Shown here piece after piece: positions 39,501 to 47,606 of a DNA stretch of 64,000 bases. The notes beneath the pieces were generated by a model, which was not told where the DNA came from, did no database searches, and worked only from the letters and a program-made list of their open reading frames with translations. Source of the DNA: a virus (Duplodnaviria > Caudoviricetes); IMG/VR virus record IMGVR_UViG_3300030330_004701, positions 64,001-128,000 of that record, one strand, 5' to 3'. How positions within the stretch are numbered: the stretch's first letter is position 1; each line of letters opens with the position of its first letter. The translations under genes and the position numbers were made by a program.

Positions 39501-40157
39501 TTATGTTGTAATCTCTAAGTCACACGCTTCGCTTCCGCTTGAATAGTCGTATGATCTTAGGTTGAGTAATGTTGTGGCTGGATATGATACTGCAATCCAC
39601 ACTGCAAACATCATTGAGTTTCCACTTGACCAACCGGCACGGTCTACAATTTCCTGAACGATGTCTTTAATATCGGTACTTGTTATCTGACCAAATCCTG
39701 TCCCAGTCACCCAGTTAGTTATTCCAGCAGTCGTGAAATTACTCGCTGCCAAATCACTACCCGCAGTAGGGGCAGACACATTATCTTTATCAAATCCCTT
39801 TACAGAAACTGTCCTATTTGGATAGCCGTTTTTGTATGGCTTTAAGTAGGCAGATGAGATTGTTGCCCCTTGTGGAACCGTTACATTCTGGAATCTGAAA
39901 TACCCTAAAAAATGGTCTATATAGTTAGGCCAAGCATCCCAATCTTCCTGCAACCCGACATTTACATTACTTCCGCTATTGTAAAGAGTTCCCCAGCCAG
40001 ATGTAGGAGTAGACACGGAGCTAGTAGACTTCATCGAATAGCCATCATCCGCGCTAGCAGAGACTGTAAATGTTTGTGTTCCACCGCCTCCGCCGCCGCC
40101 TCCGCCTCCGCCGCCTCCGCCGCCTCTGCCCGCGCCTAATAGTAATAAATCGCCCAT
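39501..40157 (-). CDS. Putative virion-decorating beta-sandwich protein with N-terminal poly-Gly (DNRLRE/CBM96-like)
   Basis: MGDLLLLGAGR-G15; SADDG, FRFQNVTVPQGATISSAYL, DIKDIVQEIVDRAGWSSGN. Confidence 0.55.
   Translation of the reverse strand: MGDLLLLGAGRGGGGGGGGGGGGGGGTQTFTVSASADDGYSMKSTSSVSTPTSGWGTLYNSGSNVNVGLQEDWDAWPNYIDHFLGYFRFQNVTVPQGATISSAYLKPYKNGYPNRTVSVKGFDKDNVSAPTAGSDLAASNFTTAGITNWVTGTGFGQITSTDIKDIVQEIVDRAGWSSGNSMMFAVWIAVSYPATTLLNLRSYDYSSGSEACDLEITT
40080..40124 (-). repeat. GGN codon repeat encoding 15 consecutive glycines
   Basis: tcc acc gcc tcc gcc gcc gcc tcc gcc tcc gcc gcc tcc gcc gcc on the plus strand. Confidence 0.9.
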
Positions 40158-40178
40158 AATATCATCACCCTATTTTGT

Positions 40179-40565
40179 TTACCATCTAAATTGAAAAAAG
40201 AAGCCGTGAAATGGACCCGGATAGACCGGCATTGGTTGAGGCTGAATAACTACAGGAGGCTGAATAATCACAGGGGGATAATAAGAGGGGACTCTATAAT
40301 ATCTGAAATGTGGGTTCACGGGTCTATAGTAATTATAAAAACCAAAGCTATGTTTGTTCTCAACTCTTGGTTGCTGATGCTCAGGCTGAGGCTTCTGCCA
40401 CTGTTGCTTTCCGGGAATTGTAGGTCTTGCTGTAGGAGGTCTTGTAAAGTCTCTAGGTTGACTTCTAACAACTTGCGGCGGCTTGATAACTTTGCGTTCT
40501 GGCTGATCCGCATTTGCAGATAAAGGCACAAATAACAAGCATAATAGTGAGGCTAAATATTTCAT
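40179..40565 (-). CDS. Secreted Pro/Tyr-rich low-complexity protein
   Basis: Signal peptide MKYLASLLCLLFVPLSANA; YYPPVIIQPPVVIQPQP; aromatic C-terminus FFFQFRW. Confidence 0.7.
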   Translation of the reverse strand: MKYLASLLCLLFVPLSANADQPERKVIKPPQVVRSQPRDFTRPPTARPTIPGKQQWQKPQPEHQQPRVENKHSFGFYNYYRPVNPHFRYYRVPSYYPPVIIQPPVVIQPQPMPVYPGPFHGFFFQFRW

Positions 40566-41848
40566 TATATTAACTCCTTTAATGGTTCTCTGTGATCTAG
40601 AAGATATTGAGGTCTTCCAGTATTATCTAATAAGGTTGTAGACATTGTATCAATACCTAAGCCTCTATACATTGTAGCGCATATTTCTTGAATATGTACT
40701 GGTCTAGATTCAGGAATTTCGCCAAGCCTATTTGTTTCTCCTACAGTCTGTCCGTGATTAAACCCTCCTCCTGCGAGTAAAGCACAAGAAACTTGAGGCC
40801 AGTGATCACGACCACCCTTTGGATTAATCTTGGGCGTTCTACCAAACTCTCCCCACACTACAACAAGTGTGTCATCAAGCATGCCACGTTGGTCAAGGTC
40901 TCGAACAAGTGCTGATACGCACTGGTCAAGTTTTGCACCATGATCTCTAACCAAGTCGAAGTTAGAGCCATGACTATCCCAGCGCCCATAAGAAAGAGTA
41001 ACAGAACGAGCTCCAGCTTCAACAAGCCTTCGCGCCATGAGAACATGTTCATTAACAGTCGGTGCTCCATCATATTGGAATTTAAAGGGTTTACCGTCTC
41101 CATACATTTCTCTAATCTTTGGGTCTTCCTTTGACAAATCCAAAGCGTTCACCAAAGAGCTTGATGTCAAAACACCAAAGGCCTCTTCAGTAAAAGTGTC
41201 TACGTTAACAGCTTTATCTATAGTTCTATTTAGTTGTGCAAATCCCGTTAATAGGTCTTTGCGATTTTTGAATCTCTCAACTTCCATATTAAGTTTGAGA
41301 TCCTTCATCATCTCGCCATTTGGCTTAAATGGCTTGTGTGTGTCTCCTAAGTAGCCAGCTCCTCCAGCCTCTGACCAAGGGTTGTGCTGTGTAGGTTCTG
41401 CCAATCCTACCGCAACTGGTACGGCAGGATCAACAGATCCCAAAATTTTAGAAGCGCACGCTCCGATGGCAGGATAGTTGACTCCAGATACCATATCTTT
41501 CCGGCTCCATCCGGTAACACACTGGTATCCATCATGAGAGCCATCCGAACCGACAACAGAACGAACCGCAGTAAACTTATCAAACATAGACGCAATTTGC
41601 GGAAAACACTCTCCGATGTATACTCCCGCCACATTGGTCGAGATCGGTTTAAATGGGCCACGGATTTCCGATGGAGCTTCAGTCTTGATATCCCACATGT
41701 CTTGGTGCGGTGGGCCACCGCCAAGAAATATATTGATAACCGCCTTATGAGACGTTCCGCTTTCCTCTTGGGCACGCAATACTTGTGGCATAGAAAGAAG
41801 ACCGAGACCACCTACGGACAAAAAACTTCTACGTGATAAATTAAGCAT
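40565..41848 (-). CDS. DUF1501-family protein, Tat-exported (paralog 2)
   Basis: LSRRSFL; FLGGGPPHQDMWD; ARRLVEAGA; WDSH; GEFGRTP..N.KGGRDHW. Confidence 0.92.
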   Translation of the reverse strand: MLNLSRRSFLSVGGLGLLSMPQVLRAQEESGTSHKAVINIFLGGGPPHQDMWDIKTEAPSEIRGPFKPISTNVAGVYIGECFPQIASMFDKFTAVRSVVGSDGSHDGYQCVTGWSRKDMVSGVNYPAIGACASKILGSVDPAVPVAVGLAEPTQHNPWSEAGGAGYLGDTHKPFKPNGEMMKDLKLNMEVERFKNRKDLLTGFAQLNRTIDKAVNVDTFTEEAFGVLTSSSLVNALDLSKEDPKIREMYGDGKPFKFQYDGAPTVNEHVLMARRLVEAGARSVTLSYGRWDSHGSNFDLVRDHGAKLDQCVSALVRDLDQRGMLDDTLVVVWGEFGRTPKINPKGGRDHWPQVSCALLAGGGFNHGQTVGETNRLGEIPESRPVHIQEICATMYRGLGIDTMSTTLLDNTGRPQYLLDHREPLKELI

Positions 41849-41864
41849 AATACACCTCTAATTT

Positions 41865-42059
41865 TTAGCTAATGCATTTGGGGCATTTACATACCTCTAC
41901 CTTACAAATGCAACTTGTTTCTAGACACGGACACTCATCTACACAAACTTTACAAACTGCTGGTTCGTCGATATTAAGCATCTCTTTTATCTCCTCTTTG
42001 TTAATTAAGCATAACGCCGCAACTATAATAATTGCTACAAGCGGAAGTTTGATCTTCAT
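41865..42059 (-). CDS. Small membrane-anchored Cys-rich (metallothionein-like) protein
   Basis: Hydrophobic N-terminus followed by CKVCVDECPCLETSCICKVEVCKCPKC (9 Cys). Confidence 0.6.
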   Translation of the reverse strand: MKIKLPLVAIIIVAALCLINKEEIKEMLNIDEPAVCKVCVDECPCLETSCICKVEVCKCPKCIS

Positions 42060-42077
42060 AATACGATCACCCCCTCT

Positions 42078-43376
42078 CTAAATAATAAGGTCTTGTCGAA
42101 CTGTACCACCGTCCACAATTTCTATAGGACGATCTCCCGGAGCCATAAGCTCCTTATCGGAAACGATTCCGATTCTATTGTATATTGTTGCTGCCCAATC
42201 CTCTACTGTCATTGGGTTATCTTCTGGTTCGCTTGCTGTAGCGTTGGAAGTTCCATAAACCATCCCGTTTTTAATGCCTCCTCCAGCCATAACTACACTG
42301 AAAACCTTTGGCCAGTGGTCACGCCCAGCGTTGGCATTAATCTTAGGAGTTCTTCCAAATTCAGATGCTAGACACACTAAAGTTGAATCAAGCATACCTC
42401 TATCACTAAGATCTTCAATAAGAGCCGCGAGCCCTTGATCCAGTGCAGGCACCTGCCCACGAATACCATTTTCTATATTGTCGTGCATATCCCATCCACC
42501 ATAGGTGAGTGTAACAAATCGAGTTCCAGCTTCCACTAAACGGCGAGCCAAAAGCATGCGAGCGCCAGCAGTATTTCTGCCATACTTATCTCGCATTGCA
42601 TCGCTTTCTTTATTAATATCAAAAGCGTCTCTGGCCTTCTCGCTGCTAATTAAACTATAAGCACGATCATAAAAACTATCTACAGCGTCTAAAGAGTCTG
42701 ATTTTTCTTTAGTAGCGAAGTAATCGTTTACTGCGGTGAGCATTTTTCTTCTTGTTCCAAATCTACCATCGTTTACTCCGTTTGGTAGTTTCAAGTCTCG
42801 AACTTGGAAATTGTCGCTTGCCGGATCAGCGCCTAGACTAAAACCCGAGAAGGAGCTACTCAAATATCCAGTACCTGCATATTCATTAGGTTGGTCTGGG
42901 ATACACACATACGGAGGAAGGTTTTGACGGGGCCCAAACTCATGCGCAACCACTGAACCCATTGATGGGTATTGAAGGGCTGGGCTAGGTCTATAACCAG
43001 TAAACATATTATGTGTGCCTCGTTCATGAGCCGCTTCTCCATGTGTCATACTGCGAATAATCGTCATCTTATCTGTAACTTTGGATGTTTTGACCATCAT
43101 CTCATTTAATCTAGTTCCGGGAACTACGGTTTCAATGCTAGACATTGGCCCTCTGTACTCAAGAGGAGCAAAAGGTTTAGGATCAAATGTCTCTTGATGA
43201 GCCGAACCTCCCGGCAAATAGATATAAATAACAGACTTTGCTGGGCCTTCAATACTTTCATAAAACTTCTGGTCAGCCTGAGCTTGCTCCATACGGAAAT
43301 AATCCGATAGGCTTAAACCCAAACCACCCAAAAAACCAACTTGCAGAAAAGATCTGCGATTACTTTTGCAATTCAT
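42078..43376 (-). CDS. DUF1501-family protein, Tat-exported (paralog 3)
   Basis: NRRSFL; YLPGGSAHQETFDPKP; ARRLVEAG; GWDMH; SEFGRTP.IN..AGRDHW; start at ATG 43376 after a GGAA RBS. Confidence 0.92.
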   Translation of the reverse strand: MNCKSNRRSFLQVGFLGGLGLSLSDYFRMEQAQADQKFYESIEGPAKSVIYIYLPGGSAHQETFDPKPFAPLEYRGPMSSIETVVPGTRLNEMMVKTSKVTDKMTIIRSMTHGEAAHERGTHNMFTGYRPSPALQYPSMGSVVAHEFGPRQNLPPYVCIPDQPNEYAGTGYLSSSFSGFSLGADPASDNFQVRDLKLPNGVNDGRFGTRRKMLTAVNDYFATKEKSDSLDAVDSFYDRAYSLISSEKARDAFDINKESDAMRDKYGRNTAGARMLLARRLVEAGTRFVTLTYGGWDMHDNIENGIRGQVPALDQGLAALIEDLSDRGMLDSTLVCLASEFGRTPKINANAGRDHWPKVFSVVMAGGGIKNGMVYGTSNATASEPEDNPMTVEDWAATIYNRIGIVSDKELMAPGDRPIEIVDGGTVRQDLII

Positions 43377-43386
43377 AAAATTTCCT

Positions 43387-44298
43387 TTACCACATTTTGC
43401 AAGACCAGTACCGAGCTTTCCATTTTGGGCCCGGAGCTGTATCACATTTGTGTCTTGCTCTAAAACTTCTTCTTCTTTCAGGGTTATCCCTTTTAATTTC
43501 CATATTAGGATCGCCAAATCTAACAATAACAACTTTACCAGATCCATTCTTAGTATAAACTGCAAATTTCTTTGGCCCATCAGGGGTTCTAAAAGGTTTA
43601 TTTAAAGTGACTTTTCTGCCTTGATATTCTGCCGCTTTGGATTTTCTTGGATGTCCCTTTGGGAGAAGGTCATTATCCTGCGTATATCCAGAATTAGAAG
43701 GCTTACCAGTTCTAAGTAATGTCAAAAAGGCATTTACTCTAGCCATAGCCCATCCATCTCTGGACATTTTTGGTGCATGACTTGTTGAATAGGCTCCAGC
43801 TCCTCTGCGATACACAGCTTTGAGCATACCAAGAGTTGCTTTTGATCCTTTGCCTTTAGCATTATGCTCTTTGACTTTCTTAGAAAGTCTTTCGGTGGTC
43901 TTTTTACTAAAAGTGATTTTACCACTTGGGTTCTTTGCGCTATCAGGCTTGTTTCTTTTTGAACCTTTCTTCTGATCTTTCTTTGGTGCGGGAGTTCTAC
44001 GAGGATCTCTAGGGCCGGGCTTGTCAGATTGAGCTTTCTTCAACTCTTCTTGACTAGGACGACCTTCTTTTTCAGTGCGAGCAGGACGATAGTTATCCCC
44101 TTCTCTCTGCTTCTTTTTTCTAATGTTTTCCCACAATCCCGGCTTTGCTTCTGAGAAGTCGTATTCTTCAGTTTCTTCACCAAAGTCTACATATTCTGCC
44201 TCAGCTGGGATGTAAATGTTTTCTTCTGTTACCTCTTCAGTGTAACCAGTTTCATTTAAGTATTCATTGAGTGCGCTTGCGTAATTTTCTTTTCTCAT
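43387..44298 (-). CDS. Multi-module basic phage protein
   Basis: Acidic N-terminus, then PGLWENIRKK, LKAVYRRGAGAY...WAMARVNAFL, and KFAVY...RFGD...FRARHKC...ARYWSC modules resembling small phage domains. Confidence 0.6.
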   Translation of the reverse strand: MRKENYASALNEYLNETGYTEEVTEENIYIPAEAEYVDFGEETEEYDFSEAKPGLWENIRKKKQREGDNYRPARTEKEGRPSQEELKKAQSDKPGPRDPRRTPAPKKDQKKGSKRNKPDSAKNPSGKITFSKKTTERLSKKVKEHNAKGKGSKATLGMLKAVYRRGAGAYSTSHAPKMSRDGWAMARVNAFLTLLRTGKPSNSGYTQDNDLLPKGHPRKSKAAEYQGRKVTLNKPFRTPDGPKKFAVYTKNGSGKVVIVRFGDPNMEIKRDNPERRRSFRARHKCDTAPGPKWKARYWSCKMW

Positions 44299-45551
44299 TA
44301 TAGTATCACCTTTGCTTCGCCTTCCAGTAAATATCTTGGTCGTCCACCGTTATCTACACGTTGAATTCCCTTGTCTATTCCAAAATGATTAAATAATGTT
44401 GCTTGTAAATCTAATGGGCCAACTGGGTTCTCTATTGGACTGTAAGACCTGTCTGAAGCACCAATAGTTCTACCCGATTGATAGTCTCCTCCAGCCATTA
44501 CCATTGGTGTAATTGCAGGCCAGTGATCTCTACCAGCATTTGCATTTATTTTTGTTCTACCAAATTCACCAGTGACTACTAATAATACTTTATCATTCAA
44601 ACCCTTATCCCACACATCCTGTAGAAATCCGCTAATAGCTTTATCGACAGGAGCAACTCTTTTCTTTAGAGCGTCTGAAATATTACTATGCATATCCCAG
44701 CCTCCATAATGTAAAGTAATAAACTTTGTGCCATGCTCGACGAGACGACGAGCCAATAGCATTTGTTCACCAATATCGTTGGCTTTCTCTGAGCCGTATA
44801 GGGCTCTCATTTTTTCTGGCTCTTTATCTGTTGCAAATGCATTTTTTGCAGAGCCAAGAATAACATCATATGCTTGCCCCTTATAGAAGTCTACAGAGTC
44901 TGCACTTTGGCCAGCCACTCTAGCTGCATCTAATCCTCTGAGCAAGTCTTTTCTTGTTGAGAATCTGTCGAGTTCAACTCTTGGTGTGAGATTGTCTTTA
45001 TTGGACGGATCAAATGGTTTAAATGCTCCACCCAGCCAAGCGCCTTCATCACCTTCGATTTTACCTTGTTTAACATATGTTGGTACTCCGTTCTGTGGAT
45101 GATTCGCACCATAGACAGCGGAAACAATAGAACCAAAAGACGGATATTTAGCTATAGATGTTGTGGTTCTTTCTGGGTTATAATGCCCAGTCATCATGAA
45201 GTGTGTTCCTTGTCTGTGCGATGAATCTTTGTGACTAAAAGAATTTATTACGTTTAATTTAGATGTATGTTGAGCTAAGCCCGTCCAGTCTGCTCCTAGT
45301 GTAATATTAGTTTTAGAATCATGAATTGCTCCATTTACTGGTTGCCATTCAGTTGGAACTGTATCGTTGGGAGCGTGAAATGTTTCAAACTGAGTTGGGC
45401 CACCTCCAAGCCACACCCAGACAACAGCCTTATCTTCGTGCGACAGGACATCCTGAGCAAGGGCATAATCAGATAATCCTACAGCGCTGAGGCCAGCACC
45501 AATACTTCCTATTCTCAAAAAGTTCCTGCGGTCGAAAATAAAGTCTAACAT
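44298..45551 (-). CDS. DUF1501-family protein, Tat-exported (paralog 4)
   Basis: DRRNFL; WLGGGPTQFETF; ARRLVEHG; GWDMH; GEFGRT.IN..AGRDHW. Confidence 0.92.
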   Translation of the reverse strand: MLDFIFDRRNFLRIGSIGAGLSAVGLSDYALAQDVLSHEDKAVVWVWLGGGPTQFETFHAPNDTVPTEWQPVNGAIHDSKTNITLGADWTGLAQHTSKLNVINSFSHKDSSHRQGTHFMMTGHYNPERTTTSIAKYPSFGSIVSAVYGANHPQNGVPTYVKQGKIEGDEGAWLGGAFKPFDPSNKDNLTPRVELDRFSTRKDLLRGLDAARVAGQSADSVDFYKGQAYDVILGSAKNAFATDKEPEKMRALYGSEKANDIGEQMLLARRLVEHGTKFITLHYGGWDMHSNISDALKKRVAPVDKAISGFLQDVWDKGLNDKVLLVVTGEFGRTKINANAGRDHWPAITPMVMAGGDYQSGRTIGASDRSYSPIENPVGPLDLQATLFNHFGIDKGIQRVDNGGRPRYLLEGEAKVIL

Positions 45552-45561
45552 TTTGGTCTCC

Positions 45562-46584
45562 TTAATAAATTGTTGATTGTGTTTTTGTGACTATTGATGC
45601 ATTTGTATACGGCATGTAGTCATTGTTGTCATTTGTATAAGAGAAAGACATTTCTACATTGCCTCCTCCTGTATCACCACCCGAAAATCCAATAGCTGTA
45701 CAATAATTCTTTGACCCCAAATCAAAAATTATATTATCAAACTTCAGGACTATTTGTCTGTTAGGCGTTGGAAACGTGCCCATAAAATTATCATCTTTTA
45801 TTAATATATCTTGCTGCACTGACTTTCTAGCTATTGCATTAATTTCGCAAGTAACTTCAACAGGTGTTTCTATGTATTTATATTTGTTTTGTTCGGTTGG
45901 GTTTTGGCCTTGATTTGAGCCTCTCCAAAAACCCGTATCAGCAAGTTCAGAGTAACTGACTGAAAGGTTAATTGCTATTGATTGTATAACCCTAACTTTT
46001 GTACCGTCATCCTCTGTTGTTAATATGGCCGCATCAACCTCAGTTGGAAATATACTGTTTTGTGTGTCGAAGTTTTGCTTTCTCATAAGAGTTCCAGACT
46101 CTCCAAGAGCAGGAATAGAACCGGCAGACTGCTTCGTCAGGTTATTGGTAACGAGGGTAATACTTTCAGTAAATATACCATCAACAGAGAAGTCATACGA
46201 AATCTCTGTAACCAAACAATATTCAAACTTTACTGAATCGACAGAACCACTTATGGTCGTATCATCACCATAAGTCAAACCAATTTCATATTCTTTTAAT
46301 CCAGTCCAGCCAGCTATACCTAGATTGGAATTTTTTAGAAGATAAGAGTCTTGATAAGTGCTGGTTCCTGTAGTATAGAAAGGTGTATCACCAGATCTTA
46401 GATGTCGTTCGATTGTTATTGTGACTTCTGGCTTATTATATCTATCACCAAAGACCTGAGATCTTCCAGTATCAGCTATAGATTCAGCGTCAGCGCTATA
46501 GTCAACGCCAACGCTTTGGACGTTCTTTAAGTACGTGCCATCAACGAAGACCGCCTGACACGCATAAAAAACTCTGTTACCCAT
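45562..46584 (-). CDS. Putative tail tube-like structural protein
   Basis: Acidic and beta-rich; NRVFYACQAV...VQSVGV...PEVTITIERHL pattern with an apparent internal duplication. Confidence 0.45.
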   Translation of the reverse strand: MGNRVFYACQAVFVDGTYLKNVQSVGVDYSADAESIADTGRSQVFGDRYNKPEVTITIERHLRSGDTPFYTTGTSTYQDSYLLKNSNLGIAGWTGLKEYEIGLTYGDDTTISGSVDSVKFEYCLVTEISYDFSVDGIFTESITLVTNNLTKQSAGSIPALGESGTLMRKQNFDTQNSIFPTEVDAAILTTEDDGTKVRVIQSIAINLSVSYSELADTGFWRGSNQGQNPTEQNKYKYIETPVEVTCEINAIARKSVQQDILIKDDNFMGTFPTPNRQIVLKFDNIIFDLGSKNYCTAIGFSGGDTGGGNVEMSFSYTNDNNDYMPYTNASIVTKTQSTIY

Positions 46585-46598
46585 AGTAAGTACCTTTA

Positions 46599-47606
46599 TT
46601 AAAAGTCGTCAACTAAATTTCCTACAGAATACTCAGTGACTCTAGTCTCGAAAAAGTTCTTGCATTTTTCCAGATCAATGATCTCGCTCATCCAAGGAAA
46701 TGGGTTCTGTGCATTTCCATAAGGTGATGGTAAATTTAAATTGGTTAATCTTCTATCAGCAATAAACTGAACATAATCAATAAACATATCTGCGTTTAGA
46801 CCTAAGATACCATTTGGTAGAACATCTCTAGCATATGCTAACTCTAGCTCCATAGCTGTATCAATATGCTCAATGGTTTCTTTTTCCATTGCTTTTGTCC
46901 AGATCTTAGGATTGTCTTCTCTCAATCTGTTAATAAGAGTTGTACCAAAATTAATGTGGATACTCTCATCACGAAGAGTGTATTGAATCTGCTCGCCAAT
47001 TCCCGGCAACTTGTTTTGTCTGTTGAATGAGAGGAGCATAGCAAAACCAGAGAAGAAGAAAATCCCTTCACAGATAACATAATAAGTAATAATATTACGA
47101 AGGAATTCTCTCTTCCCCTCTAGCGTATTTATATTAAAGTCGGGGCGATTGATGTCAGTTGTGATGTTCATCAAGAACTCATCTTTAGCCTTGATACTCG
47201 GAATTGAATTATATGCCTGATAAACTTCATCAATATCTAAGTTCAAAGAATCACAAACATAAACCACAGTAAGGTTGTGGAGGCTTTCCTCATATGCTTG
47301 ACGCAGGATATATTGGCGACACTCTGGATCAGTAACAAACTTGAACACGCTGAGCAGTAAGTTGTTTGCAACTAAAGACTCAGACCCAGCGAAGAATCCT
47401 AGACATCTTTTGACTACTAATCTTTCATCTTCAGATAAGGATTTTGATTTCCATTGCTCAATATCTTTTGCCATAGAGACTTCTGTTGGCATCCAGTTAT
47501 TTGCTGCGCCGTCTATGAATAAGTCCCATGCCCATTTGTTTGTATGCGGCAAGATTTGATTCACAGTAGCTACTTTATCTGATATAATTTCTTTGCTTTT
47601 CTTCAT
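46599..47606 (-). CDS. nrdB: Ribonucleotide reductase beta subunit, class Ic-like (no radical Tyr)
   Basis: FFAGSESLV, EESLH, EGIFF, RDESIH, NFFETRVTEY; start at ATG 47606. Confidence 0.93.
   Translation of the reverse strand: MKKSKEIISDKVATVNQILPHTNKWAWDLFIDGAANNWMPTEVSMAKDIEQWKSKSLSEDERLVVKRCLGFFAGSESLVANNLLLSVFKFVTDPECRQYILRQAYEESLHNLTVVYVCDSLNLDIDEVYQAYNSIPSIKAKDEFLMNITTDINRPDFNINTLEGKREFLRNIITYYVICEGIFFFSGFAMLLSFNRQNKLPGIGEQIQYTLRDESIHINFGTTLINRLREDNPKIWTKAMEKETIEHIDTAMELELAYARDVLPNGILGLNADMFIDYVQFIADRRLTNLNLPSPYGNAQNPFPWMSEIIDLEKCKNFFETRVTEYSVGNLVDDF

Noticed and set aside
43377-43580. 68 aa N-terminal extension of DUF1501 paralog 3
   Set aside because: It overlaps the upstream gene; the Tat motif and RBS indicate a start at 43376.
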